Positions 63,725-64,000 of a stretch of DNA of 64,000 bases are shown here, one piece after another. Numbering within the stretch: position 1 is the stretch's first letter; each line of letters begins with the position of its first letter. Origin of the DNA: Oscillospiraceae bacterium (lineage in GTDB: Bacteria; Bacillota; Clostridia; Oscillospirales; QAMX01); the NCBI GenBank assembly GCA_015067825.1, contig SVLQ01000011.1, positions 32,721 through 96,720 of the forward strand. The letters are read 5' to 3'. The notes under the pieces are model-generated. The model ran no database searches. It was not told the DNA's origin and saw only the letters and a program-made list of their open reading frames with translations. Both the position numbers and the translations under genes were made by a program.

Positions 63725-63758
63725 AAAAAACAACCGACGGAACGCTGTCCGTCGGTTG
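63725..63758 (-). terminator. Terminator of ddh
   Basis: 10-bp arms CAACCGACGG / CCGTCGGTTG followed by TTTTTT on the minus strand. Confidence 0.75.
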
Positions 63759-63766
63759 CGGTAAAC

Positions 63767-64000
63767 TCAAAGCAGCTTCGCGCGCAGTTCTTCGCCGCTC
63801 ATGGGGCTCAGGTAGGCCGGAGCAATGTCGAAAACGGTCTTGCAGCCGGTCGCGCCCTCTTTGGCAAGCCGCGCAACGGCGCGGGCGTAAGACGCGATAA
63901 CGCTGGCGGTGAATTCGGGATTGGAGTCGAGCTTCAGGCTGTATTCCACGAGGTGCGAGTGCTCGTTATTCCAACCGGTCTTGCCCGAGCGGATCACGAA
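63767..64000 (-). CDS. ddh: meso-Diaminopimelate D-dehydrogenase, C-terminal part (5' end outside the window)
   Basis: 'NPEFTASVIASYARAVARLAKEGATGCKTVFDIAPAYLSP' parallels the C-terminus of Corynebacterium Ddh ('NPDFTAS...TVLEVAPYLLSP'). Confidence 0.75.
   Translation of the reverse strand, partial: FVIRSGKTGWNNEHSHLVEYSLKLDSNPEFTASVIASYARAVARLAKEGATGCKTVFDIAPAYLSPMSGEELRAKLL

Noticed and set aside
1-64000. CRISPR arrays, tRNA/rRNA genes, prophage or transposon genes, and toxin-antitoxin or defence-system genes.
   Set aside because: No regularly spaced direct repeats, no cloverleaf-like intergenic sequences, and no integrase, transposase, recombinase, restriction or nuclease-NTPase-type ORFs were seen in any frame. 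The three low-GC islets each carry a single cargo gene only.

Overview
High-GC (about 58% in hand-counted 60-nt samples) chromosomal segment of a spore-forming Firmicutes/Clostridia-type bacterium; the taxon is an inference from gene content. I call 59 protein-coding genes, two of them cut by the window edges. I found no rRNA, tRNA, CRISPR array, transposase or integrase. Many starts in the ORF track are upstream over-extensions, and I re-placed them using RBS position and homology. Many long antisense ORFs are high-GC artefacts.

Gene content, left to right:
- End of a polysaccharide locus (Wzx flippase, FrhB-like Fe-S protein, acyl-ACP thioesterase).
- A compact sporulation sigma hub: spoIIGA-sigE-sigG converging on spoIIAA-spoIIAB-sigF, with an AT-rich insertion between them encoding an ECF-type sigma fused to a ~350-aa soluble domain.
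- folC, an ABC exporter, recG, yloV/asp23, an M16 peptidase and two SLH-domain proteins.
- A preQ1 riboswitch upstream of queT; rex; an IDH-family dehydrogenase.
- A tightly packed polA / arginine-phosphatase-like PTP / araA / araD / rimI / tsaD string, followed by a cluster of DnaA boxes.
- murJ; a GATase-less guaA with purC; nagB and pcp; a threonine aldolase; a HAD-phosphatase/Maa-acetyltransferase fusion.
- An AraC / ceramidase-like / DegT aminotransferase locus with a TIM-barrel isomerase and a GH29 fucosidase.
- A Crp/Fnr-controlled Fe-S module; an SPFH/RHH pair; trmH; an AraC regulator with GH38; pepF; a GDPD; a CoADR-rhodanese; the end of ddh.

The most interesting items are the ECF-fusion island, the DnaA-box cluster downstream of tsaD, the split guaA, the HAD-Maa fusion, the AraC/ceramidase-like/DegT locus and the Crp/Fnr palindrome geometry. 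No single clearly novel multi-gene system can be proven from sequence alone.
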